Positions 1 through 9,288 of a stretch of 64,000 nucleotides of DNA are shown one piece after another. The stretch comes from Octopus sinensis. Taxonomy: Eukaryota. Location: NCBI RefSeq assembly GCF_006345805.1, contig NC_043002.1, positions 8,866,001 through 8,930,000 of the forward strand, given 5' to 3'. Both the position numbers and the translations under genes were made by a program. The notes under the pieces were generated by a model, which saw only the letters and a list, made by a program, of their open reading frames with translations, searched no databases and had not been told where the DNA came from. Position 1 is the stretch's first letter; each line of letters opens with the position of its first letter.

Positions 1-299
1 ATGAAGAGTAGGACTTGTAACCCTATTTTAGAGTCTCTTACACTGAAAGGAAGAAGGGGATAAGTTATAAAGTAACTTAAGACCTGGTTGGAATTCTTGC
101 AAAAGAATGGAATCAGCTAAAGATACCCGAAGACCAGGTGGTGGTTTTACACCAGATGATAGGTTACCAGCCAAGAAGAGAAAGAGACCCTATGGTGAGT
201 TTCCAGTTTCTGTTTACAAAATTTCAGTCAAAAGATATAGGCTGACCCAAGCCTGTGGTAAAAGATACTTTGCCAAATTCCAACACAGTTTCTTTCAAG

Positions 300-2655
300 T
301 ACTTCGCATGTCCTCAGCAGTCACAGCCCATGTTTCACTACCATGTAGCATGGCTGTTCACACACAGGCATCATACAATGTGCCTTTCACTCTGAGAGAG
401 AGGCCCTTGTTGCCAGCAGAGGAAGGAGCTCTCTGAACTTTGTCCAGCCTTATCTTATTCTCACAGCTACATTCTCAGAGCATTCCTCTCCACTACTAAC
501 TTGGTCACCTAGGTAACGGAAGCTATCTACTACCTCTAGTTTGTCCCCCTGGCAGTTGATGGAGTCTATTTCTGTACATTTTCAGCGTTTATTGTACATG
601 TGTATCTTCCACATACAAAAGCCAGTTTCCCTGTTCATCTTCCTATTATATTACTGCACCTTTTATGTATCCAAAGCTTACGCCAGGTGTTTCTACCTTC
701 ACCTTTTCTATAGATTGAGCAGGGCCATCTACCTGAAGGGATTTGTAATTTGTCTGCCTTCCTACTTATAAAGACTTTGGATTTTGTTAAGTTAACTCTA
801 AGGCTCTTTGACTCTACCTGCAACTTCTCTTCTTCAGGTAGTGATTCAGCTATAAGAGCAAGGTCATCAGCTTAGCAGAGCCCCCAGGGACATCCTGTCT
901 TGAATTCCTCAGTTATTGCCTGGAGGACTATGATGAACAAGAGGGGGATGAGTGCTGATCCTTGTTGAACCTCTACTTGTACCCTGAATTCTTTGCTGTA
1001 CTCCTTGGCAACCCTCACCTTACTGGTAGCATCCTTGTACATGGCTTGTACAGCTCTCACCAACCATTCGTCTATCCCTAGTTTCCACATTGACCACTAG
1101 ATAAGGGATCAGGGGACCCTGCCAAAGGCTTTCTCCAAGTCATCAAAGGCCAAGTACAGAGATTTATCTGCGGCTAGGTATTTCTCCTGCAGCCGTCTTA
1201 CCAGAAATATAGTGTCAGTGGTGCTTCTCCCTGGCACAATACCAAACTCTCTCCCTTATTAGTTGGACTATGACTATCTCCGTAAATTTCATCACCTGAT
1301 CCAACAAGTTGATACCTCTCGAATTATCTCTATCTAAGGCATCACCTTTACTTTTGTAGCAGTTGTCTATGGTGCTGTTACACCAGTCATTGGGTATGAC
1401 TCCTTTGTGAACCACCTGATTTACAACATGGGTGAGTAGACTATAACCCACGCTGCCAGATATTTTAAGCATCTCAGCGGTGATTCCTGGTGGACCAGGG
1501 GTTTTTCCTGTCTTCATATCCTTAATTGCTTCATCTACCAAGGTTTTGTCGATCTGGGTAGCTGACCCCTCAATTGGGTTGATATTTGGCAGACTCCTTC
1601 CATTCATTCTCCACATTCAGCAGTCTTTCATAATGGCATTTGAAGCCTACACATGTACCATCATCCATTCAGACACATTTCTCTCCTATGACTTCCTCTC
1701 ACACACTCTCTTGCAATCTAAAACACTTCAGTTCTTTTGTCCTCATGTTGCTGAACATAGGCAAACTTCTTTTCTGCTTCTCCTTGGCTAGATATACCTG
1801 TTTTCTAGCTTCCCTTCTGGCTATCTGATACAGTTCCCTGCTACTCCCCATTGTTCCAGTCCGTTTCTTTGCTCTAGCACTGCATCATTCCACCACCACG
1901 TTACCCTAGGTCTGCTTGGAACTTTGCATCACCCACAGATGGCACTCAGTAAGCTGTCCTGCAGGAATTCCCAGTTGCTTTTTATGTCATAGGTCTGTAG
2001 TTTCTCCTCACTCATCAAATTTCTCAGTTAGGATGTCCCTAAATCTCTGAGTACATGAAGGGTCCATAAGCTTTCAAATCCTTCTTTTCCAGATTAGTCT
2101 GCTTCTTGGCATCCTTCTGGCTCCGAGTCTAAAATCATTAACCTTTAGTATTTAAACCGGCCATATTCTATCTGTTTATTGTTCAAACATGCCAGATCTG
2201 ACCTCCCATACCTATGCTGCAATGTCATTCTAAAAATAAGCAATTATAGCATTAAAATCTCAATGTTATGAGATAATGCATAATTAATTCAAAACTGTGA
2301 ATAAATAAGCATTACATTTGACAGAATAATCTGAATGCTAAAGGGTTAATGACTAGTCTATGCAGGAGGATACATTCTTCGCCAGGGAGGGTCTTTGTAT
2401 TTAAGAGCAACCATGCATCCCACTGCCTGATGAGAATGTAATTGATCTGGCTAGCTCAGACACCTGATTTGTGTGTTATCGAGTGACTGGCTGGCTTCCT
2501 GAAGTTGGTGTTGCAGATCAATAGATTATTTGCATCACAGAACTCCAGGTGCCTTGTTCTCTCTTCATTTCCTGAATGAATTCCACGAACCCCATGTACA
2601 CTACTGAAAATACTAGGCTGCTGGCCAACATGCCCACAGAAGTCCCCAGCCACAA
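300..2655 (-). mobile_element. Decayed RTE-clade LINE ORF2 (endonuclease end, RT, PHD-like insert), interrupted by a MITE
   Basis: Minus-strand fragments: GDFCGHVG...LEFCDANNLLICNTNFRK (APE C-terminus, 2456-2653), IKDMKTGKTPGPPGITAEMLK (1215-1616), VQQGSALIPLLF (RT, 872-1090), WPCSI...WIHKRCS (635-823). Many stops and frameshifts. Confidence 0.9.
2142..2345. mobile_element. piggyBac-type MITE inserted in the RTE copy
   Basis: TTAA at 2138-2141 and 2346-2349; ends CCTTTAG...CTAAAGGG are inverted. Confidence 0.75.
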
Positions 2656-2696
2656 AGAGGAGATTCTTGTCATTTGTCTAAGAGGTAGCCTGCAGA

Positions 2697-2757
2697 AGTG
2701 TTTAGTTACAAAAAATTATTTTCTAAATCTGCCGGTCAAAAGGTAAAGACCTGAGAA
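2697..2757. mobile_element. Solo right-end fragment of MITE family A
   Basis: agtgtttagttacaaaaaattattttctaaatctgccggtcaaaagg matches the right TIR of the 23762-24559 copy. Confidence 0.6.
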
Positions 2758-3199
2758 ATCTTTACAGTAAAAAAAAAAGTAGAGAACCCAGCTAATATGT
2801 CGGGGGGGGGGGGGGGGATTTAGCTGCGTTTTCTAGCAGGTTGAACAACCATGTAGCCGCTCCCTCATGGTGTATAAGGTAACAAAGACGCCTTTTGTTT
2901 TCATATTGTCTATTTTAAAAATATATGCAATAATCGCAATAATAAATAATTCAAGGCTTCTTTTGGTTTTGTTTTTGGCGAATTTTCGCATAACAGCTAA
3001 AATATATGCAGCATGGAATTTTGTTAGTGAACATGTCGTGGTCTCAAAGCGACAAAAATATTTTGGCAAATTAAATTTAAATGTTGAAGTGAATCTAACA
3101 GTTTTTGCGTGTTTTTAAATGTTTTATAAACACTTTCCACACTGCAATTGTTTTTGTTTCAGTATACGAACTCAGATCAGGTCACTTGCTATGCAAGTA

Positions 3200-3880
3200 C
3201 ATCACCTAAAAACTAAAATATATTTAATAAGAAATGAAAATTTAAGCGTGACAGCTAAAATATATTTAATAATAAATGATGATCCGTTCCAGAATCTGTT
3301 GATTGGTGTGAGATATGTTTACAGTCTATAATTTTAATTGGTCTGAGTATTTTTGTTTTAATTTTCATTTCTTATTAAATATATTTTAGCTTTCGCATTT
3401 AAATTTTCATTTCTTATCTTTATACATAAAAGTCAAGTTGTGTGTCTGTCTCCTACGATTTAGATTTCTAACTACTCCCACATTTTGCGGTGCAGTTTAA
3501 CCAAAACCGGGTATCTTATAGTCGTGATTCATATCGAGCCCTTCTGGGTATTAGCACGCGTCTACGATGAGTCTACGATTTAAAAAAAAAATTTACCATC
3601 ATTTTTTTCCATTTTAATGCATTTTTCGCTATTATATAAGGGAAGTAACTCTCTAAAAATGTCTACGATGAGTCAACGATTTAAAAAAAAATTTACCATC
3701 ATTTTTTTCCCATTTTTAGTGCAATTTTTTTGCTATTTTTTGGCTATAACTCTCTAAAAATGCTTATATAGTTATTTCCCTTACAAACCCGAGCAACGCC
3801 GGGCAATACTGCTAGTTAAATATATTTTAGCTTTCGCGTTTTAATTTTCATTTCTTATTAAATATATTTTAGCTGTCTCG
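3200..3880. repeat. AT-rich ~40-bp unit array (ttaaatatattttagc...ttttcatttctta): two inverted copies left, about three right, split by a Helitron
   Basis: Units at ~3210-3280 are the reverse complement of units at ~3360-3416 and 3816-3875. Confidence 0.65.
3417..3815 (+). mobile_element. Non-autonomous Helitron
   Basis: 5' TC, 3' hairpin cccg-agcaacgc-cggg then CTAG; inserted between A(3416) and T(3816) with no TSD; removal restores the local repeat unit cttA|Ttaaat. Internal ~100-bp duplication. Confidence 0.85.
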
Positions 3881-4746
3881 AAATAGTTGTTTTTGATTTG
3901 TCAGTTTGCATTGATCCGTAGCAACTCTCGCCTCGGTCAAGCCGTCACGCTTCAATGAAAAAGTGTCTTTTTTTGTTTTCTGTAGGAGAGGGCTGTAAAA
4001 ATACATTAATTACATCGAGCGCCAAAATATACAGAAGCAATTTTTATTTTCATATATAATATATATAAAACATGTACACTTTTTAGAACTTGGTCATTTT
4101 CACATTCGTTCGAAGCTGATCATTCACGCCATAGCTACTTAAGCAAACAAAAAGACGGTACTACTAGCGAACAGTGGTCACGGTGCGCGCACTCGCGCAT
4201 CCACGCTAGTTAGACGTAAGTAGTCGATCCTACAACGGCTTGTGCGTATGTTTGTATTTCAAGGCTGAAGAAAATTAAATAATATTTTTCGAACAAAGTA
4301 AATAAAACGCAAAAGTAAATAATTGGTACTTGTTAATTATCGTGGTCCCGGTTTTGCACACGCGAATTCGCGCATGCGCGTTAACCCCCCCCCCCCCCCT
4401 AAAAAAAAAAGGTGTTGGATTTCACTAAAAATATATATGTGTGTGTGTGTGTGTGTATATATAACATTTTCAATTTTACACAAAAAAATTACATAGTCGC
4501 TTTCCTCGCGGATTTACAGATAAATGAATTAATTACTATTTTACAGAATAAAATTAATGAATTAATTATATAAATTAAATAATTCTTGAAAATTAATTAA
4601 TATTAATAATATTTTTTGAACAAAGTAAATAATTTATAAAACTTGGTTAATTTTTTTTACACAAACGCGAACGTATATAATTTGTGAAACTTTTTTTTTT
4701 TTTACAGACGTATATAATTTGGTAAACTTAATGAATTAATTCTTCT

Positions 4747-5165
4747 CATCATCATCATCGTTTAACGTCCGTTCTCCATGCCAGCATGGGTTGGACGGTT
4801 CGACCGGGGATCTGGGAAGCCAGAAGGCTGCACCAGACTCCAGTCTTATCTGGCAATGTTTCTACAGCTGGATGCCCTTCCTAACGCCAACCACTCCGAG
4901 AGTGTAGTGGGTGCTTTTTACATGCCACCCGCACAGGTGCCAGGCGAGGCTGGCAACGGCCACGGTCGGATTGGTGCCAGTCGAGGCGGCTCTGGCATCG
5001 GCCACGATTCGGATAGTGCTTTTTACGTACCACCAGTCCAGGGGTCCTGGCATTTGCCGGGTGTCACACTTGCCCCAACATGTCTTCGCAAGCAAAGGGG
5101 TTTGGCTTGGGTGCCTGTCGTCGGATGAGGTTCGATATCAACTTCGCTTGCCTCAACAGGTCTTT
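4747..5165 (-). mobile_element. RTE 3'-end (GAT-tailed) insertion in left palindrome arm
   Basis: catcatcatcgtttaacgtccg...catccagctgtaga 3' module; mirrored at 6205-6623. Confidence 0.85.
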
Positions 5166-6204
5166 GTGTATAAATGTATAAATTTTTCGCACTAAATTCT
5201 TTCCGTAGAATTTATCAAAAAACGCGCAAAATTATTCCGTAGAATTTATCAAGTTAAAAAACGCAAAATTAATATATTTTTTGAAATTGCAAATTATTTA
5301 GAATATAAAACAAATGAAGTTAAATTTTAAAAATAAATGTCATATACTTATACTCTGTAAGGTGCTGTGTTCACACTTCAATTTACTATTTTCTAGAAAT
5401 GTTGCTTTTCTAATTGAAACAATTTTTCTCAATCTCCATTTAAAAGTCCATCATGTCTCTTGAGACATATCAAAATGAACAACTTTGAATTACGCGGCGG
5501 CGGTGGTGGTGTGAGGTTCTAATTTTTTTTTCTGATCTCTCTTTGCCCCCTCTTTATCTCAGTTGTTCATTCCGCTGATATTTAGAAAAATTTTCGCGCC
5601 CAATTTTTGTTGTCGCGGGAAAAGATGAACGATTTAAAATAAATATATCTTAATTGTAGTGTGAGAAAGTATATATATTCTGATGACAAAATATATTATC
5701 TTTCAATAACATCCCAAATTTATAGACTATATCGTGTAGGTTTAAGAAATATATATATATATATACACATATATAGCAGAGAATGAAACATCTTTCATCT
5801 GTCTCCTCACCACACCTCCATCTAGGGGGGCAAAGAGAGATCAGAAAAAAAAATTAGAACCTCACACCACCACCGCGTAATTCAAAGTTGTTCATTTTGA
5901 TATGTCTCAAGAGACATGATGGACTTTTAAATGGAGATTGAGAAAAATTGTTTCAATTAGAAAAGCAACATTTCTAGAAAATAGTAAATTGAAGTGTGAA
6001 CACAGCACCTTACAGAGTATAAGTATATGACATTTATTTTTAAAATTTAACTTCATTTGTTTTATATTCTAAATAATTTGCAATTTCAAAAAATATATTA
6101 ATTTTGCGTTTTTTAATTTGATAAATTCTACGGAATAATTTTGCGCGTTTTTTGATAAATTCTACGGAAAGAATTTAGTGCGAAAAATTTATACATTTAT
6201 ACAC

Positions 6205-6623
6205 AAAGACCTGTTGAGGCAAGCGAAGTTGATATCGAACCTCATCCGACGACAGGCACCCATGCCAACCCCCTTTGCTTGCGAAGACATGTTGGGGCAA
6301 GTGTGACACCCGGCAAATGCCAGGACCCCTGGACTGGTGGTACGTAAAAAGCACTATCCGAATCGTGGCCGATGCCAGAGCCGCCTCGACTGGCACCAAT
6401 CCGACCGTGGCCGTTGCCAGCCTCGCCTGGCACCTGTGCGGGTGGCATGTAAAAAGCACCCACTACACTCACGGAGTGGTTGGCGTTAGGAAGGGCATCC
6501 AGCTGTAGAAACATTGCCAGATAAGACTGGAGTCTGGTGCAGCCTTCTGGCTTCCCAGATCCCCGGTCGAACCGTCCAACCCATGCTGGCATGGAGAACG
6601 GACGTTAAACGATGATGATGATG
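6205..6623 (+). mobile_element. RTE 3'-end insertion in right palindrome arm
   Basis: Reverse complement of 4747-5165 with about 3 substitutions. Confidence 0.85.
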
Positions 6624-7089
6624 AGAAGAAATTAATTCATTAAGTTTACCAAATTATATACGTCTGTAAAAAAAAAAAAAGTTTCACAAATTATATACGT
6701 TCGCGTTTGTGTAAAAAAAATTAACCAAGTTTTATAAATTATTTACTTTGTTCAAAAAATATTATTAATATTAATTAATTTTCAAGAATTATTTAATTTT
6801 ATTCTGTAAAATAGTAATTAATTCATTTATCTGTAAATCCGCGAGGAAAGCGACTATGTAATTTTTTTGTGTAAAATTGAAAATGTTATATATACACACA
6901 CACACATATATATTTTTAGTGAAATCCAACACCTTTTTTTTTGGGGGGGGTTAACGCGCATGCGCGAATTCTGCACTGCGCATGCGCAAGTCACCTCGTA
7001 GGATCTCGGGTATCGGGTACCTACGTCTGGCGCGCGCGCGCGCGAATTCGCGTGTGCGAAACCGGGACTACGACAATAGACAAGTACCT

Positions 7090-7345
7090 ATTTTTATAAA
7101 CAAACTATGGTCAGGGTTAGGGTTAAAAAATTAGGTTTAGGATTAGGGTAAGGGTTAGATTTAGGGATAGGGCTAAAAAGTCGCTGTAGGATCGACTGCT
7201 TACGTCTAGCTAGCGCGAGTGCGCGCACCGGGACCACTGTTTCTCTGTCTCTAAGTAAATAAATTATTTTTATAAATAAACTAAGGTTAGGGTTAGGGTT
7301 AAAAAATTAGGTTTAGGATTAGGGTAAGGGTTAGATTTAGGGTTA
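7090..7345 (+). repeat. Degenerate telomere-like (TTAGGG) blocks, duplicated together with the right TIR
   Basis: gggttagggtt...ttagggtaagggttag blocks at ~7092-7152 and ~7284-7340, each followed by the TIR sequence (first copy truncated at ~7241). Confidence 0.8.
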
Positions 7346-8004
7346 GGGTTAAAAAGTCGCTGTAGGATCGACTACTTACGTCTAGCTAGCGCGGATGCGC
7401 GAGTGCGTGCACCGGGACCACTGTTCGCTCGTAGTACCCCAAAAGACTATCTTACTTGAAGGATAGTATATAGTAAGAAATTCGTAAAATCAGCTTCGAA
7501 TGAATAAATAAATCCTACTACTTTCTAAATGCATTTAGTACATCATTGTTCCTCCTGGGGCCGTGTTTGGAAATAAAAACGGTGAAGAGAGAGAGAGAAA
7601 TACATGTCAGACACAACTGATGCATACAAAAGAGAAACAAAGAATCATTTTTGTTAATTTCCGTTTACCTCTCGAATTTCCCGTTCAGAATCCAAATATT
7701 TTTGGAAAGAAGCAAACATAAGCGTCAAATCGGATTCCTGAGCCATTCTGTTTCCTAAGAGAAGACGAATGCTGAGAACATGCGGAGCTGAACTTTTAGA
7801 TTCGTATTGTCAGAGACCCGTTACTCGAGAAGAGGGTGGTGATGGGTATTACGGTGATAATATTTTCGGATCTTTTCGGTTTGAACGGCAGTTTTTTTTT
7901 AAATAATTTCCACGTAACTAAACACTTTTAAACTTCGTATACTGGTAGAATGTGTTTATAAAACATCTTTTTCTCTTGGCTTTATTGAGAAAATTCTATA
8001 GTTT

Positions 8005-8422
8005 TGTAGTGATGCTACAGTGTAGGGTTCGGCGCGCATGCGCAGAATGGGACTACTTCCGGGTGGCCACCGGAAGTCTTCCCCATGCGCATGTGCGGGA
8101 AAACATCTCTCGAGCCCGCGAACCTCAAATCGCTCTCTTCGGCTCAAGACAGCACTGCGATCGGTCACGGTTTTCCTGGCTCTGACAGCCACACACCAAC
8201 TTCAACCAACTTCAACCAACCTCAACGACCAACACCAGCAATACATCAGAGGCTGTCTATTCCCCCATCAGACAACGTACAACCATGAATCAATAAACCA
8301 AGTTGTCTGTTCACCTTTAACCTGAGTTTCGTCTGTTTGTTTTCTACAAGAATTTTTGTATGTGACTAGAAAGGATCTCGACACCCTGCCAGTGCTTCGA
8401 TGATAGATCCTTTCACGTTACA
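8005..8422 (+). repeat. 5' LTR (418 bp)
   Basis: TGTAGTG...GTTACA; differs from the 3' LTR by one substitution and three 1-bp indels. Confidence 0.95.
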
Positions 8423-8424
8423 AT

Positions 8425-8434
8425 TGGTGACCCC
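8425..8434 (+). promoter_or_regulatory. Primer-binding site complementary to tRNA-Trp 3' end
   Basis: TGGTGACCCC two bases after the 5' LTR, complementary to the ...GGGGTCACCA end of metazoan tRNA-Trp. Confidence 0.8.
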
Positions 8435-8806
8435 TAGTTGAGAAAAAGAACAGGATAGAAAAAGACACAGCGAACAGGTTTTTTTTGGGGCCGAAGAGCG
8501 CGGAAATTCACATTTATTTTCCTATTTTCCTCCTTTTCAGCACGGCGAGGTGGGTCAAATAGCCTTATTCATCGCACACAGTACAAAAAAAAAAAAAAAC
8601 AAAGAAAAAAGAAAACACACACACATTCATTTTTTTTTTTCCTTCTGTATTTTGTTTTCCTTGTACACACTTATTCCTTTTTTTTGCTACCCACGAGGTG
8701 CACACACAAACACAATTTTGAATTGCCTTCTCGGTTCCACGTGTTCTCTCTCCACTTCTAGACCATACCTTCTGCCCCCTTCTCACAGATTCCTTCCGAC
8801 AAAGGC

Positions 8807-9288
8807 ATGGCTTCAGGTTTGCCTTCATTTACGGGGGATATGGGCCTGTGGTTTGCCCAAGTGGAGTGGTATTTTGATGCACATGCCATTTCTCCACAGC
8901 AGCAGTTGCACCTGCTATATTCCGGCTTACATCCCCGACTCGCCGCATCGATCAGGGATCTAATAATAAGTCCCCACCCGGATGCCACATACGCGTCTGT
9001 GAAAGCAGAAATCCTCCGCCGCAACACACGTTCGGGGGAGAGCAATATTCAGATTGCCACGATGGCCGATGGAATACTGGAATTTCCGAATCCATCTCCA
9101 TCGCGAGGCCTCTGTGCATGTATAGGGGCCCTGCGCAAATTTCACTAGCCGAGCGGATTGATGCGCTCACGCGGCGAATCGACGATCTATCCCGTGCGAT
9201 CGAGCGCCGACAACGCAGTCGTAGTCGCTCTACCAAAAGGGCAGATCGGTGTACCCAGCCGTGCACTTTCAAGCCCTCGGAAAACTAA
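8807..9288 (+). CDS. gag: Short gag (one frameshift as assembled)
   Basis: LPSFTGDMGLWFAQVEWYF...YASVKAEILRR N-terminus; second frame gives ERIDALTRRIDDL...RSRSRS...RCTQPCTF...EN*. Confidence 0.75.

Larger units (their letters stand above)
4364..6971. repeat. Large inverted repeat: arms 4364-5550 and 5826-6971, unique ~275-bp spacer
   Basis: Mirror-image ORFs in the track (4778-5128+ vs 6242-6592-); arms align by eye with a handful of substitutions, microsatellite length differences, one 21-bp and one 6-bp indel. Confidence 0.95.
4157..7438. mobile_element. Fold-back/TIR element (MITE family B, Merlin- or Mutator-like) containing a giant palindrome
   Basis: TIRs GGTACTAC(T/G)AGCGAACAGTGGTC...~85 bp at both ends; flanks caaaaagac (4148-4156) and ccaaaagac (7439-7447) form a 9-bp TSD with one mismatch; second inverted pair 4326-4372 / 7041-7088. 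Confidence 0.85.

Noticed and set aside
107-436. 109-aa ORF with a PAKKRKR NLS-like motif
   Set aside because: The 3' part runs into antisense RTE sequence and no homology is recognisable. A donor-like GTGAGT at ~195 is noted, but an exon cannot be supported.
8550-8963. Overlapping ORFs in the Gypsy leader and antisense ORFs across pol
   Set aside because: Low-complexity leader and shadow frames of the GC-richer pol; no independent motifs.
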